Shown here: positions 47,524 to 56,653 of the stretch, piece after piece
Numbering within the stretch: the stretch's first letter is position 1
Layout: every line of letters starts with the position of its first letter
From: an uncultured Gammaproteobacteria bacterium
GTDB lineage: Bacteria > Pseudomonadota > Gammaproteobacteria > Steroidobacterales > Rariloculaceae
Direction: 5' to 3'
Assembly (NCBI GenBank): GCA_963744305.1
Contig: CAVUTF010000033.1
Span: forward strand, 63,991-127,990
DNA: 64,000 bases
The notes under the pieces: model-generated
What the model saw: the letters and a program-made list of their open reading frames with translations, nothing else
Database searches by the model: none
Told to the model about the DNA's origin: nothing
Position numbers and translations under genes: made by a program

Positions 47524-48975
47524 ATGATGATCTTCGAGTCCGTCGTCACGATGACGATCTTCGATGTTCTCGTCATCGCGATGGCGCTGCTAATGTTCAA
47601 GTACGCCTCCCCCGACGGTTTCTTCCAACGGTGGTCGCGCGGCCGCGTGATCATCGCACTGGGCGTGCTCACCCTTAGTCTGTTTTACGCCGCCGATCTG
47701 CTCGTCATGCACGTTGGTCCCGTGCTTGTCGGCGAGATGCGCGCGATGCAGATCATGAGCACCATGCACCTCGAGGTGCTGTGGCTCGTGACGCTGCTGT
47801 CCGTAACCCTCATCGTCATCGGCATGCAATCGACCAATCGCGCGCGAGCGAGAGACGAGCAGCGTCTGAGCTTGATGACCGAGGCGCTGCCGTTGGCCGT
47901 CGCCTACATCGACGTCGAGGAGCGCTACCGGTTCGCGAATTCCCGCTACGCGAAGCTCCACGGCAAGACCGTCCGCGACATTGTCGGCGCCAAAGTGGAG
48001 GACATCCTGCGGCCGAACGTGCTGGAAGCGTTCCGCGAGCACAAACGGAGTGCGTTGCGCGCCGAAAACCCGGCGTACGAGCACCATACCAGGCTCGAGC
48101 TGGGCGGTGAGATCCGCGATCTGCACATCGATTTGGTGCCGGACGTCAGCCGGAAAGCAGGCGTCTCGGGCCTTTTTCTGCTCGTGCGCGACGTTACCGC
48201 CACTGCGCAGCTCGAACGCGAGGTCGTGCGCGCCGCCGAAGCGGAGCGTCTCAGCGTTGCGCGCGATTTGCACGACGGCCTCGGTCAATCGCTGACCGGA
48301 ATCTCTCTCGCTCTGGTGGCGCTCGCGCGCAAGCTCGAGCAGGAAGACTCCAAGGAGGTGCTGTTCGTCATGAATCTCGTCGGCATGACGCAAAACACCA
48401 TCGAGCAGACCCGGCAATTCACTCAGTTGCTCGCGCCGACGATGCACGGCGGATTGTTCGGGGCTCTGCGTGCGCTCGCGCTCGAAGTGAGCGCGCTTTA
48501 CGACGTCGATTGCTACACAGTGTGCCCGCGCGACGAGCTCCCGATCAGCCCGTCGGTCGCGTTGCACTTGTACCGAATTGCTCAAGAAAGCGTGAGCAAC
48601 GCTACGCGCCATGGCAGAGCCGGAACCATCCGCATCGACTGCCAAACCAACGAGCACACGCTGGTGCTCGAGATTAACGACGACGGTCGCGGCATCCCTG
48701 CGTCGCAGGAACGCCGCGACGGCATCGGTCTCAACAGCATGCACTACCGCGCGCGCATGATCGGCGGCTCGCTGCGCGTCGCACCCGGCAGAGATGGGGG
48801 GACGGAGGTCGCGTGCCATGTGCCGCTCGTGTCTCTCGGCCCTGCTGACGCCGTCCTACGGTCAGTAGAACCCGTCGATACTGCAGAGGTCGACGCTCGC
48901 GCCTTTCGTACCGCGTTCGAGGCGACCAACGCCGGTGCAGCGGGTGCCGCGCAACGCTCTCAAACGGTGCGATAG
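47524..48975 (+). CDS. sensor histidine kinase (TM + PAS + HisKA_3 + HATPase_c); no adjacent response regulator
   Basis: The H-box reads ERLSVARDLHDGLGQSLTG. The N-box/G-box region reads NATRHGRA...INDDGRGI...GIGLNSMHYRARMIGG. A PAS-like segment is YIDVEERYRFANSRYAKLHG. Confidence 0.85.
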   Translation: MMIFESVVTMTIFDVLVIAMALLMFKYASPDGFFQRWSRGRVIIALGVLTLSLFYAADLLVMHVGPVLVGEMRAMQIMSTMHLEVLWLVTLLSVTLIVIGMQSTNRARARDEQRLSLMTEALPLAVAYIDVEERYRFANSRYAKLHGKTVRDIVGAKVEDILRPNVLEAFREHKRSALRAENPAYEHHTRLELGGEIRDLHIDLVPDVSRKAGVSGLFLLVRDVTATAQLEREVVRAAEAERLSVARDLHDGLGQSLTGISLALVALARKLEQEDSKEVLFVMNLVGMTQNTIEQTRQFTQLLAPTMHGGLFGALRALALEVSALYDVDCYTVCPRDELPISPSVALHLYRIAQESVSNATRHGRAGTIRIDCQTNEHTLVLEINDDGRGIPASQERRDGIGLNSMHYRARMIGGSLRVAPGRDGGTEVACHVPLVSLGPADAVLRSVEPVDTAEVDARAFRTAFEATNAGAAGAAQRSQTVR

Positions 48976-49183
48976 ACCCCAAGGTCGCGGCCTCAACCGC
49001 AGGAACGGCCGACGTTTTCGGTTTGGCACGCTGCTTGCTTGATGGTCCTCGGGCAGGGTCGGCCGCCATCCTTACAAAATCGCGCCCCCCTTCGATTTCG
49101 CCGGAGTGCGGCCGCTTCTGCCCACTAACTCTCCTCCTACTTCAGCGGCTGGCCGCGCAGATCCTCGGCACGCTCGATTGGCG

Positions 49184-49834
49184 TCACCAAGACCGCCGCT
49201 GGAAAACGACCGTGAGGTTGTTCGCCGGCATCTCGACCGTCTCTTGCAGAGCGAAACCCGAGCCGCTCGCGAGCCGCTCCACGTCATCGAGGTCGCGGAT
49301 TCCCCACTCGGGATTGCGCGAGCGCAGGCTCGCGTCGAACGCTTCGTTGCTCGGCGCGGTATGCCCACCGCGCCGATAGGGCCCATAGAGGACGAGCGGC
49401 GCGCCGGCCTGCAGCAAACGCCCTGCTTCGGCGAACAACGCCAGCGCGGCCGCCCACGGGGCGATGTGGATCATATTGATGCAGACGATCGCGTCGGCGC
49501 GCGCAAGCGGCCACGGCTTTTCCAGCACGTCGAGCGCCAGCGGTGGCCGCACATTGGCTAGAGCCGCATCGGCGATACGCGCCTCGATCGCCGCTCGCAA
49601 GCGCGCGTCGGGGTCCGATGGTTGCCAGCTCAATTTCGGCAAGGACTGCGCAAAGTGCACGACGTGCTGGCCCGTGCCGCTCGCGACCTCGAGCACGGTG
49701 CCCGTCGCGGGCAATACGCGCTGCAGCACCTCGAGAATCGGCTGCTTGTTGCGCTCGGCCGCCGGGCTTGCGAGCGCATCGCCAAAGAGCGTCTCGCCGT
49801 AGCGCTCGCTCGCTCCTCGATCGGAATCTTGCAT
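49184..49834 (-). CDS. class I SAM-dependent methyltransferase (DUF938-like)
   Basis: SPAAERNKQPILEVL...VLEVASGTGQHVVHFA...WQPSD...INMIHIAPW fits the pattern. The start is taken at the internal ATG (MQDSDRG). Confidence 0.7.
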   Translation of the reverse strand: MQDSDRGASERYGETLFGDALASPAAERNKQPILEVLQRVLPATGTVLEVASGTGQHVVHFAQSLPKLSWQPSDPDARLRAAIEARIADAALANVRPPLALDVLEKPWPLARADAIVCINMIHIAPWAAALALFAEAGRLLQAGAPLVLYGPYRRGGHTAPSNEAFDASLRSRNPEWGIRDLDDVERLASGSGFALQETVEMPANNLTVVFQRRSW

Positions 49835-49864
49835 ACGATTGCTTCGTTCAGGGGAGAATCCGCA

Positions 49865-50050
49865 ATGAATACAGCAAGACGATCCATCCTCCAAGCGGTG
49901 CTTGCCGTCCGCGGTGCGTTCCTCGCGTGCTGTATGACCTTCGTCGCTGCGGCAGCCTTGGCACTGGCCGTCGCATACGCTACCGTTGCGACTCGGTCTT
50001 TTCAGAACGGCCCGGGGCGAACTCCCATTCGCGCGCTACGCTACGGATAG
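49865..50050 (+). CDS. small hypothetical membrane protein
   Basis: A 61-aa ORF with one long hydrophobic stretch (ILQAVLAVRGAFLACCMTFVAAAALALAVAYATVA). GGGGAGA lies 7 nt upstream of the ATG. Confidence 0.35.
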   Translation: MNTARRSILQAVLAVRGAFLACCMTFVAAAALALAVAYATVATRSFQNGPGRTPIRALRYG

Positions 50051-50086
50051 CTGAAGCCTCCGGTGTCGTCCCATCTCGGAGGCAGA

Positions 50087-50524
50087 ATGAAGGCGAGTGA
50101 CTTCTCGGTCGCGTTGAGAATCCGACACCCGAGCATCGATCCGGCGGAAATCAGCCGTCAGATCGGCTTCGATCCGCAACACTCATGGAAGGCAGGAGAG
50201 CCGCGCCGGCCGGTCGCCGGAGAGGTCACCGCAGGCGCCTATCGCGAAACCTATTGGGTAGGACTACTGCCGATCCGCGAGTTGCCGCTGCCGGCTAACA
50301 TTCAGCCGCAAACGACGATCTTCTTCACGCTATTGCGGATGCGCCGCGCCGAGGCCTTTTGGCGGCGCATTGCCGACGAAGGCGGCACGATCGAATGCCT
50401 CGTCGAAGTGCACGGCGGGGAGGATTTTCGCATCGACCTCTCGCAGGCGCTGCTCGCCCTGCTCGTGCAGCTCCGAATCACGCTGTCCGTCGAAACCCAC
50501 ACCGTGATGCGCGCGGCAGCCTAG
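50087..50524 (+). CDS. hypothetical protein, DUF4279-like
   Basis: RBS GGAGG. DFSVALRIRHPSIDPAEISRQIGFDP...W...ECLVEVHGGEDFRIDLSQALLALL resembles the DUF4279 layout as I recall it. Not verifiable here. Confidence 0.45.
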   Translation: MKASDFSVALRIRHPSIDPAEISRQIGFDPQHSWKAGEPRRPVAGEVTAGAYRETYWVGLLPIRELPLPANIQPQTTIFFTLLRMRRAEAFWRRIADEGGTIECLVEVHGGEDFRIDLSQALLALLVQLRITLSVETHTVMRAAA

Positions 50525-50652
50525 GCGCTCAAGGCTGCGTCGACTGCTCGTTCGCCGCGGCTTCCGCCGCGCGCGCCCCGCTCAGAATATTGCGCATCGC
50601 GAGCTTGCCTTCGTGGCAAGCGTAGTCGTAGTCCGCTGCGTGTAATCGACCG

Positions 50653-51132
50653 TCAGATGAAGCCGATTGCGCGGCCCATGAACGCCACGCCGAACCACAG
50701 CGACACCGACACGACTGCAACCACCTTCGCGAGGCCCGATTGCGACCGCCCCGCGTCGCCCAATGCGATCGGCTGGCGCACGGCGAACGTGAAGATGATC
50801 GCCGCGAGCAGAAAAGACATCTTCCACCAGTACGCCACGTTGTAGTAGTACTTCGACGCCGCTAGCGACGCGAACAGCAAAAAGCCCGTCGCGAGAATCA
50901 GGATGAGACTGCCGATGAGCCAAGGCCGCGCCGCAAGCGCGACGTCCGCGACGGGCTGGCGGCGGAAGCCAACTCCAAGCGTCCGCAAATCGACGACGAG
51001 CACCGCGCCGCCGATCACGGCGAGCGCAACCAGATGCACCGACTCGATCAGCGCAAAGGCGTAGAGCGAATTGTTGATTGCAACGGCGAATCCCGTCGCT
51101 TCGATCCACTCGAATGCCGACAATAGCGACAT
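50653..51132 (-). CDS. integral membrane protein, paralog of 51146-51682 (uncharacterised)
   Basis: There are 4-5 hydrophobic helices. It shares FEWIEATGFA / ITWVEATRFS, ES(V)H..., and a C-terminal W...GRxIGF/AY with its neighbour. Confidence 0.6.
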   Translation of the reverse strand: MSLLSAFEWIEATGFAVAINNSLYAFALIESVHLVALAVIGGAVLVVDLRTLGVGFRRQPVADVALAARPWLIGSLILILATGFLLFASLAASKYYYNVAYWWKMSFLLAAIIFTFAVRQPIALGDAGRSQSGLAKVVAVVSVSLWFGVAFMGRAIGFI

Positions 51133-51145
51133 GGCAGCTCCTAGA

Positions 51146-51682
51146 CTAGACGATCGGCTCGAACCAGTTGTACGCGATCAGACGACCGCAGAACACGATT
51201 AAGATCCACAGAGTAACGGACACGACTCCGATGATGTGGGCGCTGCCAGGCAACGGCTTCGTGTCCCAATTGACTAGGCGCTTGCCGATGCCATAGTGAA
51301 ACGCAAGCGCGTTTAGGCCGGCCAGCACCAACGCAACGAGCTTGATCCGAAAGAAAATGTTGCCCCAGAACCGCACGGGCTCCGAGACGAACAACAGCAC
51401 CCCGCTGATCGTCATCACGATGAAGCCGACGAGAATGATCGGCGCGAGCCGATCCCACGTCTCGGACACCGAAGCGCTGCGTACACCGATGTTGAACAAA
51501 CGCAACTCCCAGAACAGCAGCAGCCCTAGGAAGATACACAGGCCGATCACGTGCACGCCGTCGACGATCGCCCACATGTAGACGGACTCGCGAAGGTCGG
51601 TGCTGAAACGCGTGGCTTCTACCCACGTGATGAAACTCAACCAAGACGACACTGATCGATTCCTCTTCAGAAGGGCGGTCAA
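51146..51682 (-). CDS. integral membrane protein, paralog of 50653-51132 (uncharacterised)
   Basis: 4-5 hydrophobic helices. It is in tandem with its paralog, separated by a 13-nt gap. Confidence 0.6.
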   Translation of the reverse strand: MTALLKRNRSVSSWLSFITWVEATRFSTDLRESVYMWAIVDGVHVIGLCIFLGLLLFWELRLFNIGVRSASVSETWDRLAPIILVGFIVMTISGVLLFVSEPVRFWGNIFFRIKLVALVLAGLNALAFHYGIGKRLVNWDTKPLPGSAHIIGVVSVTLWILIVFCGRLIAYNWFEPIV

Positions 51683-51876
51683 GGCCGCGGACTTCGGGAG
51701 ACCGCGGGATGAGCTGTATTTTAGGATGCGCCTTATTAAACAGTCCGCGCGCCGCGGTCAAGTCAACACTTCTAAAGGAAGGCGTCGCGCGCAGCGTCCT
51801 TCTGTTTGACAGGCGCCGCGTGTTCAAATAGAAGGGCAGCACCAGCTTGGGGGCAACCTAGAATGCGAAAAATGGC

Positions 51877-52149
51877 GTGGCGCTTGGCGGCGCCCGTGGC
51901 GCCTGGGAGGGCGCACGGCCGGCGGCCGAATTCTCCCCGCCCTGCGTTCAGGGTGGTCCTCCGGGAGGCCCGGGCGCGCCGAACGCGCCGCCGACGGCCG
52001 AGGACTTCGACAATCTGCCGGCCACCCTGGCGTGGACGGGCGCTGATCGCCGGCTCGGCGACACGGACGCGGCCGAAACGGGCGCGGCCAAGCTCACGTT
52101 CTTCGACTCAGCGTATAAACAACAAATGCAGGGCGGGACTCATCCATGA
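51877..52149 (+). CDS. possible small ORF translationally coupled to the family A gene (weak)
   Basis: The stop TGA overlaps the ATG of 52146 (ATGA), and third positions are GC-rich. There is no family match, and an ATG at 51872 in another frame gives a signal-like MAWRLAAPVA, so the N-terminus may be frameshifted. Confidence 0.2.
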   Translation: MALGGARGAWEGARPAAEFSPPCVQGGPPGGPGAPNAPPTAEDFDNLPATLAWTGADRRLGDTDAAETGAAKLTFFDSAYKQQMQGGTHP

Positions 52150-52991
52150 AACCGATGCGAGATCAGTTTTCCGGCCAGATGAAGGTCGTTGTGGGCACCG
52201 CGATCGCGGCCGGCCTTGCCGTGATCGCGCTCGTCGCGATAAAGATGCCGACGAGCGAAGCGCAATCGGCGACTCAACCCGCTCGAATCGGCGGCCATCC
52301 GAACTTGAACGGCGTCTGGCAGGCGATCAACACGGCTTACTGGAATCTCGAGGATCACTCGGCCGAAGGGTTGTCCAACTTCTGGCAACTGGGTGCGATC
52401 GCCGCGATCCCCGCCGGGCAGAGCGTGATCGAGGGCGGCACGATTCCGTACCTGCCGGCCGCGCTCGCAAAGCGCGACGAAAACCGCGCCGGCTGGCCCA
52501 AGAGCGATCCCGAGGCCAAGTGCTACATGCCCGGGATTCCGCGCGCGACCTACATGCCGTTTCCGTTCCGCATCGTTCAAGGCGACCGCGACATCTTGTT
52601 CGTCTACGAGTTTGCGAGCGCGAACCGCATTGTTCATATGTCAAATCACCAGGAGCCGCCCGTAGACAGCTGGATGGGCTGGTCGAACGGGCGCTGGGAA
52701 GGTGACACACTGGTCATCGAGGTCACCGGCAACAACGACCAAACTTGGTTCGATCGCGCGGGCAACCATCATTCGGTAGCGCTCAAAGTAACCGAGCGCT
52801 ACACGCTGATGGGCGACAATCACCTGCAATACGAGGCGACCATCGAGGATCCGGACACCTTCTCGCGGCCCTGGAAAATCTCGATGCCGCTCTACAAGCG
52901 CCTGGAGCCGAACGTGCAGCTGCTCGAGTTCAAATGCGTGGAGTTCTCCGAAGAGCTACTCTATGGCGACTTGACCAAGAAATCCGAATAA
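52146..52991 (+). CDS. family A secreted/anchored protein (uncharacterised), intact
   Basis: An N-terminal hydrophobic anchor is followed by HPNLNGVWQ, KCYMPGIPRATYMPFPFRIVQ, RWEGDTLVIEVTGNND, VTERY and IEDPDTFSRPW. Confidence 0.7.
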   Translation: MKPMRDQFSGQMKVVVGTAIAAGLAVIALVAIKMPTSEAQSATQPARIGGHPNLNGVWQAINTAYWNLEDHSAEGLSNFWQLGAIAAIPAGQSVIEGGTIPYLPAALAKRDENRAGWPKSDPEAKCYMPGIPRATYMPFPFRIVQGDRDILFVYEFASANRIVHMSNHQEPPVDSWMGWSNGRWEGDTLVIEVTGNNDQTWFDRAGNHHSVALKVTERYTLMGDNHLQYEATIEDPDTFSRPWKISMPLYKRLEPNVQLLEFKCVEFSEELLYGDLTKKSE

Positions 52992-53018
52992 ACTATTCGC
53001 GACAGGATTGGAGAGATT

Positions 53019-53441
53019 GTGATGCGTACCAAACAGTTGAGCGTTGTCGCCGGTGCCCTGCTGCTGTGCGTTCCCACGTTGCCCGTGCTTGCACATCACG
53101 CGTTCGCGGCAGAGTTCGACGCGAATCGTCCGGTCAAGCTCGAAGGCGTCGTCACGAAGATGGAGTGGATCAACCCGCACTCGTGGATTCATATCGACGT
53201 GAAGGGCGATGACGGCTCGGTGCAAAAGTGGATGATCGAAGGTGGCGCTCCGAACGCTCTGCTGCGCCGCGGCTGGAATCGCGACTCGCTGAAAGCCGGC
53301 ACTCAGATCTCGGTACAGGGCTTTCAGGCAAAAGACGGATCGATGCGCGCGAACGGCCGCGACATCACGTTCGCTGATGGCAGCAAGCTCTTCGTCGGCT
53401 CCTCCGGCACCGGCGCACCGGACGAGCGCCCGGGGCAATAA
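53019..53441 (+). CDS. family B secreted protein (uncharacterised), intact
   Basis: The signal peptide reads ...PTLPVLA|HHAFAAEFD. KMEWINPHSWIHIDV and ALLRRGWNRDSLKAGTQISVQG follow. RBS GGAGAG. It starts 27 nt after the family A gene. The ATG at 53022 is an alternative start. Confidence 0.72.
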   Translation: MMRTKQLSVVAGALLLCVPTLPVLAHHAFAAEFDANRPVKLEGVVTKMEWINPHSWIHIDVKGDDGSVQKWMIEGGAPNALLRRGWNRDSLKAGTQISVQGFQAKDGSMRANGRDITFADGSKLFVGSSGTGAPDERPGQ

Positions 53442-53459
53442 CGGGCACCCAAATCGAAT

Positions 53460-53486
53460 CGGGGTCAGGCACCGTGCCTGACCCCG
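53460..53486. terminator. 13-bp GC-rich hairpin between convergent genes (probable terminator)
   Basis: CGGGGTCAGGCAC-c-GTGCCTGACCCCG is a near-perfect palindrome between the 3' ends of 53019-53441 (+) and 53494-54750 (-). The flanking T/A runs are weak. Confidence 0.5.
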
Positions 53487-53493
53487 ATCTTGT

Positions 53494-54750
53494 CTAAGGG
53501 GCTGGCTCGATGCGCAGCAGCGCGCCGTCGTCCTCGTCGGTGATCACGTACAGCAGCCCGTCGGGGCCTTGGCGCACGTCGCGAATGCGTTGGTGCAGAT
53601 CCGATAGCAGGCGCTCGCGGCGCAGGTCCTCGAGCATGTCGCTGAGCACGACGCGCTCGAGACCGCCGGTGCGCGGAATCTCGCCGATGCGCGCACTGCC
53701 GACGAACAGATTACCCTTCCACGCGGGGAAGCGATCGCCCGTGTAGACCGCGAGTCCGGTCGGCGCGATCGACGGCAGCCAGAGAATCTGCGGCTGCTCG
53801 ATGCCCTCGCCCACGGGACTCACCGTGTAACGCGGTCCGTTGTAATTGCGTCCGAAGCTGTACTTCGGCCAACCGTAGTTGCGCCCCGGCAGTATCAGAT
53901 TGACCTCGTCGCCGCCGTTCGGCCCGTGCTCGGCCGCGAGCACGGCGCCCGACGGGTGCACGGTCAAGCCGAGCTGGTCGCGATGGCCGATCGAGAACAC
54001 TTGCGGCTTCGCGGCCGCATGGCTCGCGAACGGGTTGTCGTCCGGAGCCGAGCCGTCGTCGCGCAAGCGCAAGACCTTGCCGTAAACGCTGGCCGGATCC
54101 TGCGCGGCTTCGCCGAACGGCGCGCCGGTCGTGACGTACATTATTCGATCCGGACCGAACGCAAGCCGCGAGCCGCTCCCTCCGTTCGCAATATCTGCGA
54201 CGTAGAGATCCTTCACGTCCGTGAGCGCCTTGCCGTCGAACACGCCGCGCGCGACCGCGAGCGCGGTCTGGCGTTGCGCGGGCGGCAGCGCCGCCTGGTC
54301 ACCCGGCCCGGGCTTGTTGTACGTGAAATAGACGAAGCGGTTCTGCGCGAATTGCGGATGCACGACCACGTCGAAAAGGCCGACATTGCGCACAGGTCCG
54401 GGCGCGGGTGCGCCGCTGATCGGCTCCGGATCGAGTGCCGGCACAGCGTCGTTCGCGGCGTTATGGACCAGGCGTAGGCGCGCTCCGCGCTCGCTGATCA
54501 GCGCATCGCCGTTCGGCAAGAACGCCAGAGAGAACGGATGCGGCAAACCGCGCGCGACGATGCTCACGCGGATTCCGTGCTGCTCGGCGGTATCGAATAC
54601 GTATGGCTCGTTCCGCAGCACGACCGGCGCCACGCCCAAGTCGGGCTGCTGCTGCGCAAACACAGCGGCGCCGGTCGCCGCCAACACGACTGCGGCGCAA
54701 GCGGCCGCTTTCACTGCGCGCACGCTGCGCGCGCGATTCCAATATGACAT
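53494..54750 (-). CDS. PQQ-dependent sugar dehydrogenase (soluble glucose/sorbosone dehydrogenase-type 6-blade propeller), intact
   Basis: A signal peptide is followed by GLPHPFSLAFLPNGDALISER, FVYFTY, GKVLRLRDDGSAPDDNPF, IGHRDQLGL, EHGPNGGDEVN, GRNYGWP and GPDGLLYVITD. Confidence 0.85.
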   Translation of the reverse strand: MSYWNRARSVRAVKAAACAAVVLAATGAAVFAQQQPDLGVAPVVLRNEPYVFDTAEQHGIRVSIVARGLPHPFSLAFLPNGDALISERGARLRLVHNAANDAVPALDPEPISGAPAPGPVRNVGLFDVVVHPQFAQNRFVYFTYNKPGPGDQAALPPAQRQTALAVARGVFDGKALTDVKDLYVADIANGGSGSRLAFGPDRIMYVTTGAPFGEAAQDPASVYGKVLRLRDDGSAPDDNPFASHAAAKPQVFSIGHRDQLGLTVHPSGAVLAAEHGPNGGDEVNLILPGRNYGWPKYSFGRNYNGPRYTVSPVGEGIEQPQILWLPSIAPTGLAVYTGDRFPAWKGNLFVGSARIGEIPRTGGLERVVLSDMLEDLRRERLLSDLHQRIRDVRQGPDGLLYVITDEDDGALLRIEPAP

Positions 54751-54768
54751 GTGATATTTACCTCTTCG

Positions 54769-55716
54769 TTATTCCCAGCCGGTCTGCGACAGATGGTCCG
54801 CACGGAACCCCATCGCCTCGATCTCGTGGAGCTTACCGCCGCTCACCTTATAGATATGTGCCGCCGGTAGGTCGAAGGCATCGAAAGGCAGGTCGAGCTT
54901 CGGAAGCTCGGGAACGCCCTTGATCACGACGAACTTCTGCGCCATCGAATGCCGGAAATGCGACAGGCCGAACACGAGACCCGTCTCCACGTCCGCGATC
55001 TCCACCCGGCGATTGTCGATCGTGTCGATGTACGCCATCGAGCCCGTGTCGAGCTGCGCGGCGCAGCCCATGGCGCCCATCGTGCCGAGACCGGGCGTCG
55101 CGGGTGGCGGATTGCCAGTGGTCTGCATGCCGTTCTCGCGGCGCACGCAGTCGTCGGCGAACGGCGCGAGGCGGCCGTTGTTGTCGTCGAGCGCGTCATA
55201 GTAAGACGCGCCTATCTTGAGCATCTCCTCGCGCGTGTTGCGTTGCGCTGCCGGCACCGCCGCCGCGAACGCGGCCCTCGGCGTTTGCAGATTCGGCAGG
55301 TTGCGTTCCCCTAAGCCGCGCGCGATCAAATGCTCGGCTTCGGTGATCTTGCCGTCCTGCACCTTCAGGCGAAGCGCGAGCTCGACCGGCTTGCCGGCCT
55401 CCTGCAGCACACCGAGGAAGCCGACCTGCTGGGAGACCGGGTCCGGCACGTAGATTTTGAACGTCGTGGGAACAGCCGACGCCGTCTTCCAAAGACCTTC
55501 GCCGACTTTCGTCGCCGTCACGTTCTCGACGAGCTTTGCGTTCGCCGCAATCGGTACGCGGGCGGGATCGTGCGCGACGAGCGCGGCGAGATAGGAATCC
55601 ACGAGCCCGCTCAGGCACGCTCGGTCGCAGCTCGCCGTGCGTTGCTGCGCCCACGACGCTGCCGCGGCGCCCACGAGCACCACCGCACTCGCGCGCCACG
55701 AGGTCGTTACTCTCAT
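54769..55716 (-). CDS. secreted hypothetical protein
   Basis: A signal peptide (..AAASWAQQ) is followed by a Cys-containing mature protein (CDRACLSGLVDSYLAALVAHDP...). There is a 4-nt overlap with the upstream VOC gene. I cannot name a family with confidence. Confidence 0.55.
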   Translation of the reverse strand: MRVTTSWRASAVVLVGAAAASWAQQRTASCDRACLSGLVDSYLAALVAHDPARVPIAANAKLVENVTATKVGEGLWKTASAVPTTFKIYVPDPVSQQVGFLGVLQEAGKPVELALRLKVQDGKITEAEHLIARGLGERNLPNLQTPRAAFAAAVPAAQRNTREEMLKIGASYYDALDDNNGRLAPFADDCVRRENGMQTTGNPPPATPGLGTMGAMGCAAQLDTGSMAYIDTIDNRRVEIADVETGLVFGLSHFRHSMAQKFVVIKGVPELPKLDLPFDAFDLPAAHIYKVSGGKLHEIEAMGFRADHLSQTGWE

Positions 55717-56621
55717 TGTTGCGAGCCCTCTCGCGCCCGCCTGCTTGCCCCTGTCTCTGCGAAGTAGTTGGTGATCCCGTCCGGATCGTCGAGCCAGATC
55801 GTGCGCAGCGAGCCCGCGGAACCCGACAACGGATTGTCGATCGTCACGCCCTCGGACTCGGCGAGCGCGGCGACGACATCGACGTTCGACACGACGTATT
55901 GAATTCCGCCGCTGCCGGTATCCGCCGGCAGCGCCCCGAAGCTGCGCAGGTTGATCGTGGTGGTACCGTGCCGGAACGGATATTTCGTCGTCCCGAACAA
56001 CGCGTCGGGCGCCGGCGGCAGCTCTTCCAGGCCGACGAAGTCGCGATAGAACGCGCGGCTGCGCGCAAGGTCAGAAACGGTCACACCGACCTCGATCTGC
56101 GCAAGGACGTCGGCCGAGGCGCCAGGTACGACGACGAGCTCGACGGGCTGGCCATCGGGATCGTTCACGAGCGCGACCTTGCGCTTCGAGTCGGCCACGG
56201 AACGAAACGCCGGCTCGGAAAGCCCGTGCGCGCGGAAACGCTCGGAGAGCGCCGCTTCGTCGGCGAAGAACAAGGTGACCAAACGCACGCCCGTTGCGTC
56301 GCGGACGCCGCCCGGTTGGTAAGTGCGATCGGCGACGCGCCCCGTGAGCTTGAGCTCGGACCCTCCGGCCTGAAAGCGCGCGACGCCGCCGGTGCCGTCG
56401 GGCCGCACGTTCAGCGTTTGGAGCTGCTTCAAGCCGAGCACGTCGCCGTAGAACTCGAACATCTTCTCGCGATCGACAGTGTGGCGCCGGAACACGTTCA
56501 TGGACGGCTGCCAGAGCGTGGCCCCGACCGGCGACGCCGAATCGCCGGACGCCGTGATCGCGGCAACCAGCAATGCAGCTGCCAAGAAGATTCGATGAAA
56601 TCGATGCTTGATGTTCGACAT
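55713..56621 (-). CDS. VOC (glyoxalase/bleomycin-resistance/extradiol dioxygenase) family protein, secreted, two VOC modules
   Basis: A signal peptide (FLAAALLVAAITASG) is followed by two beta-alpha-beta-beta-beta modules: FYGDVLGLKQL...DPDGQPVELV and FYRDFVGLEEL...DDPDGITNYF. Confidence 0.75.
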   Translation of the reverse strand: MSNIKHRFHRIFLAAALLVAAITASGDSASPVGATLWQPSMNVFRRHTVDREKMFEFYGDVLGLKQLQTLNVRPDGTGGVARFQAGGSELKLTGRVADRTYQPGGVRDATGVRLVTLFFADEAALSERFRAHGLSEPAFRSVADSKRKVALVNDPDGQPVELVVVPGASADVLAQIEVGVTVSDLARSRAFYRDFVGLEELPPAPDALFGTTKYPFRHGTTTINLRSFGALPADTGSGGIQYVVSNVDVVAALAESEGVTIDNPLSGSAGSLRTIWLDDPDGITNYFAETGASRRAREGSQQ

Positions 56622-56653
56622 TTCCGCCCCCTGCACCTATCAGCAATAACGTC

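Noticed and set aside
47590-48819. Long antisense or alternative-frame ORFs. Examples are 47590-48819 (409 aa), 36239-37528 (429 aa), 46392-47678 (428 aa), 41154-42005, 107-964, 481-1401, 56071-56880 and 51806-52705
   Set aside because: They are Arg/Ala/Pro-rich with low complexity and no family motifs. Each overlaps a strongly supported gene. These are the typical shadow ORFs of GC-rich DNA.
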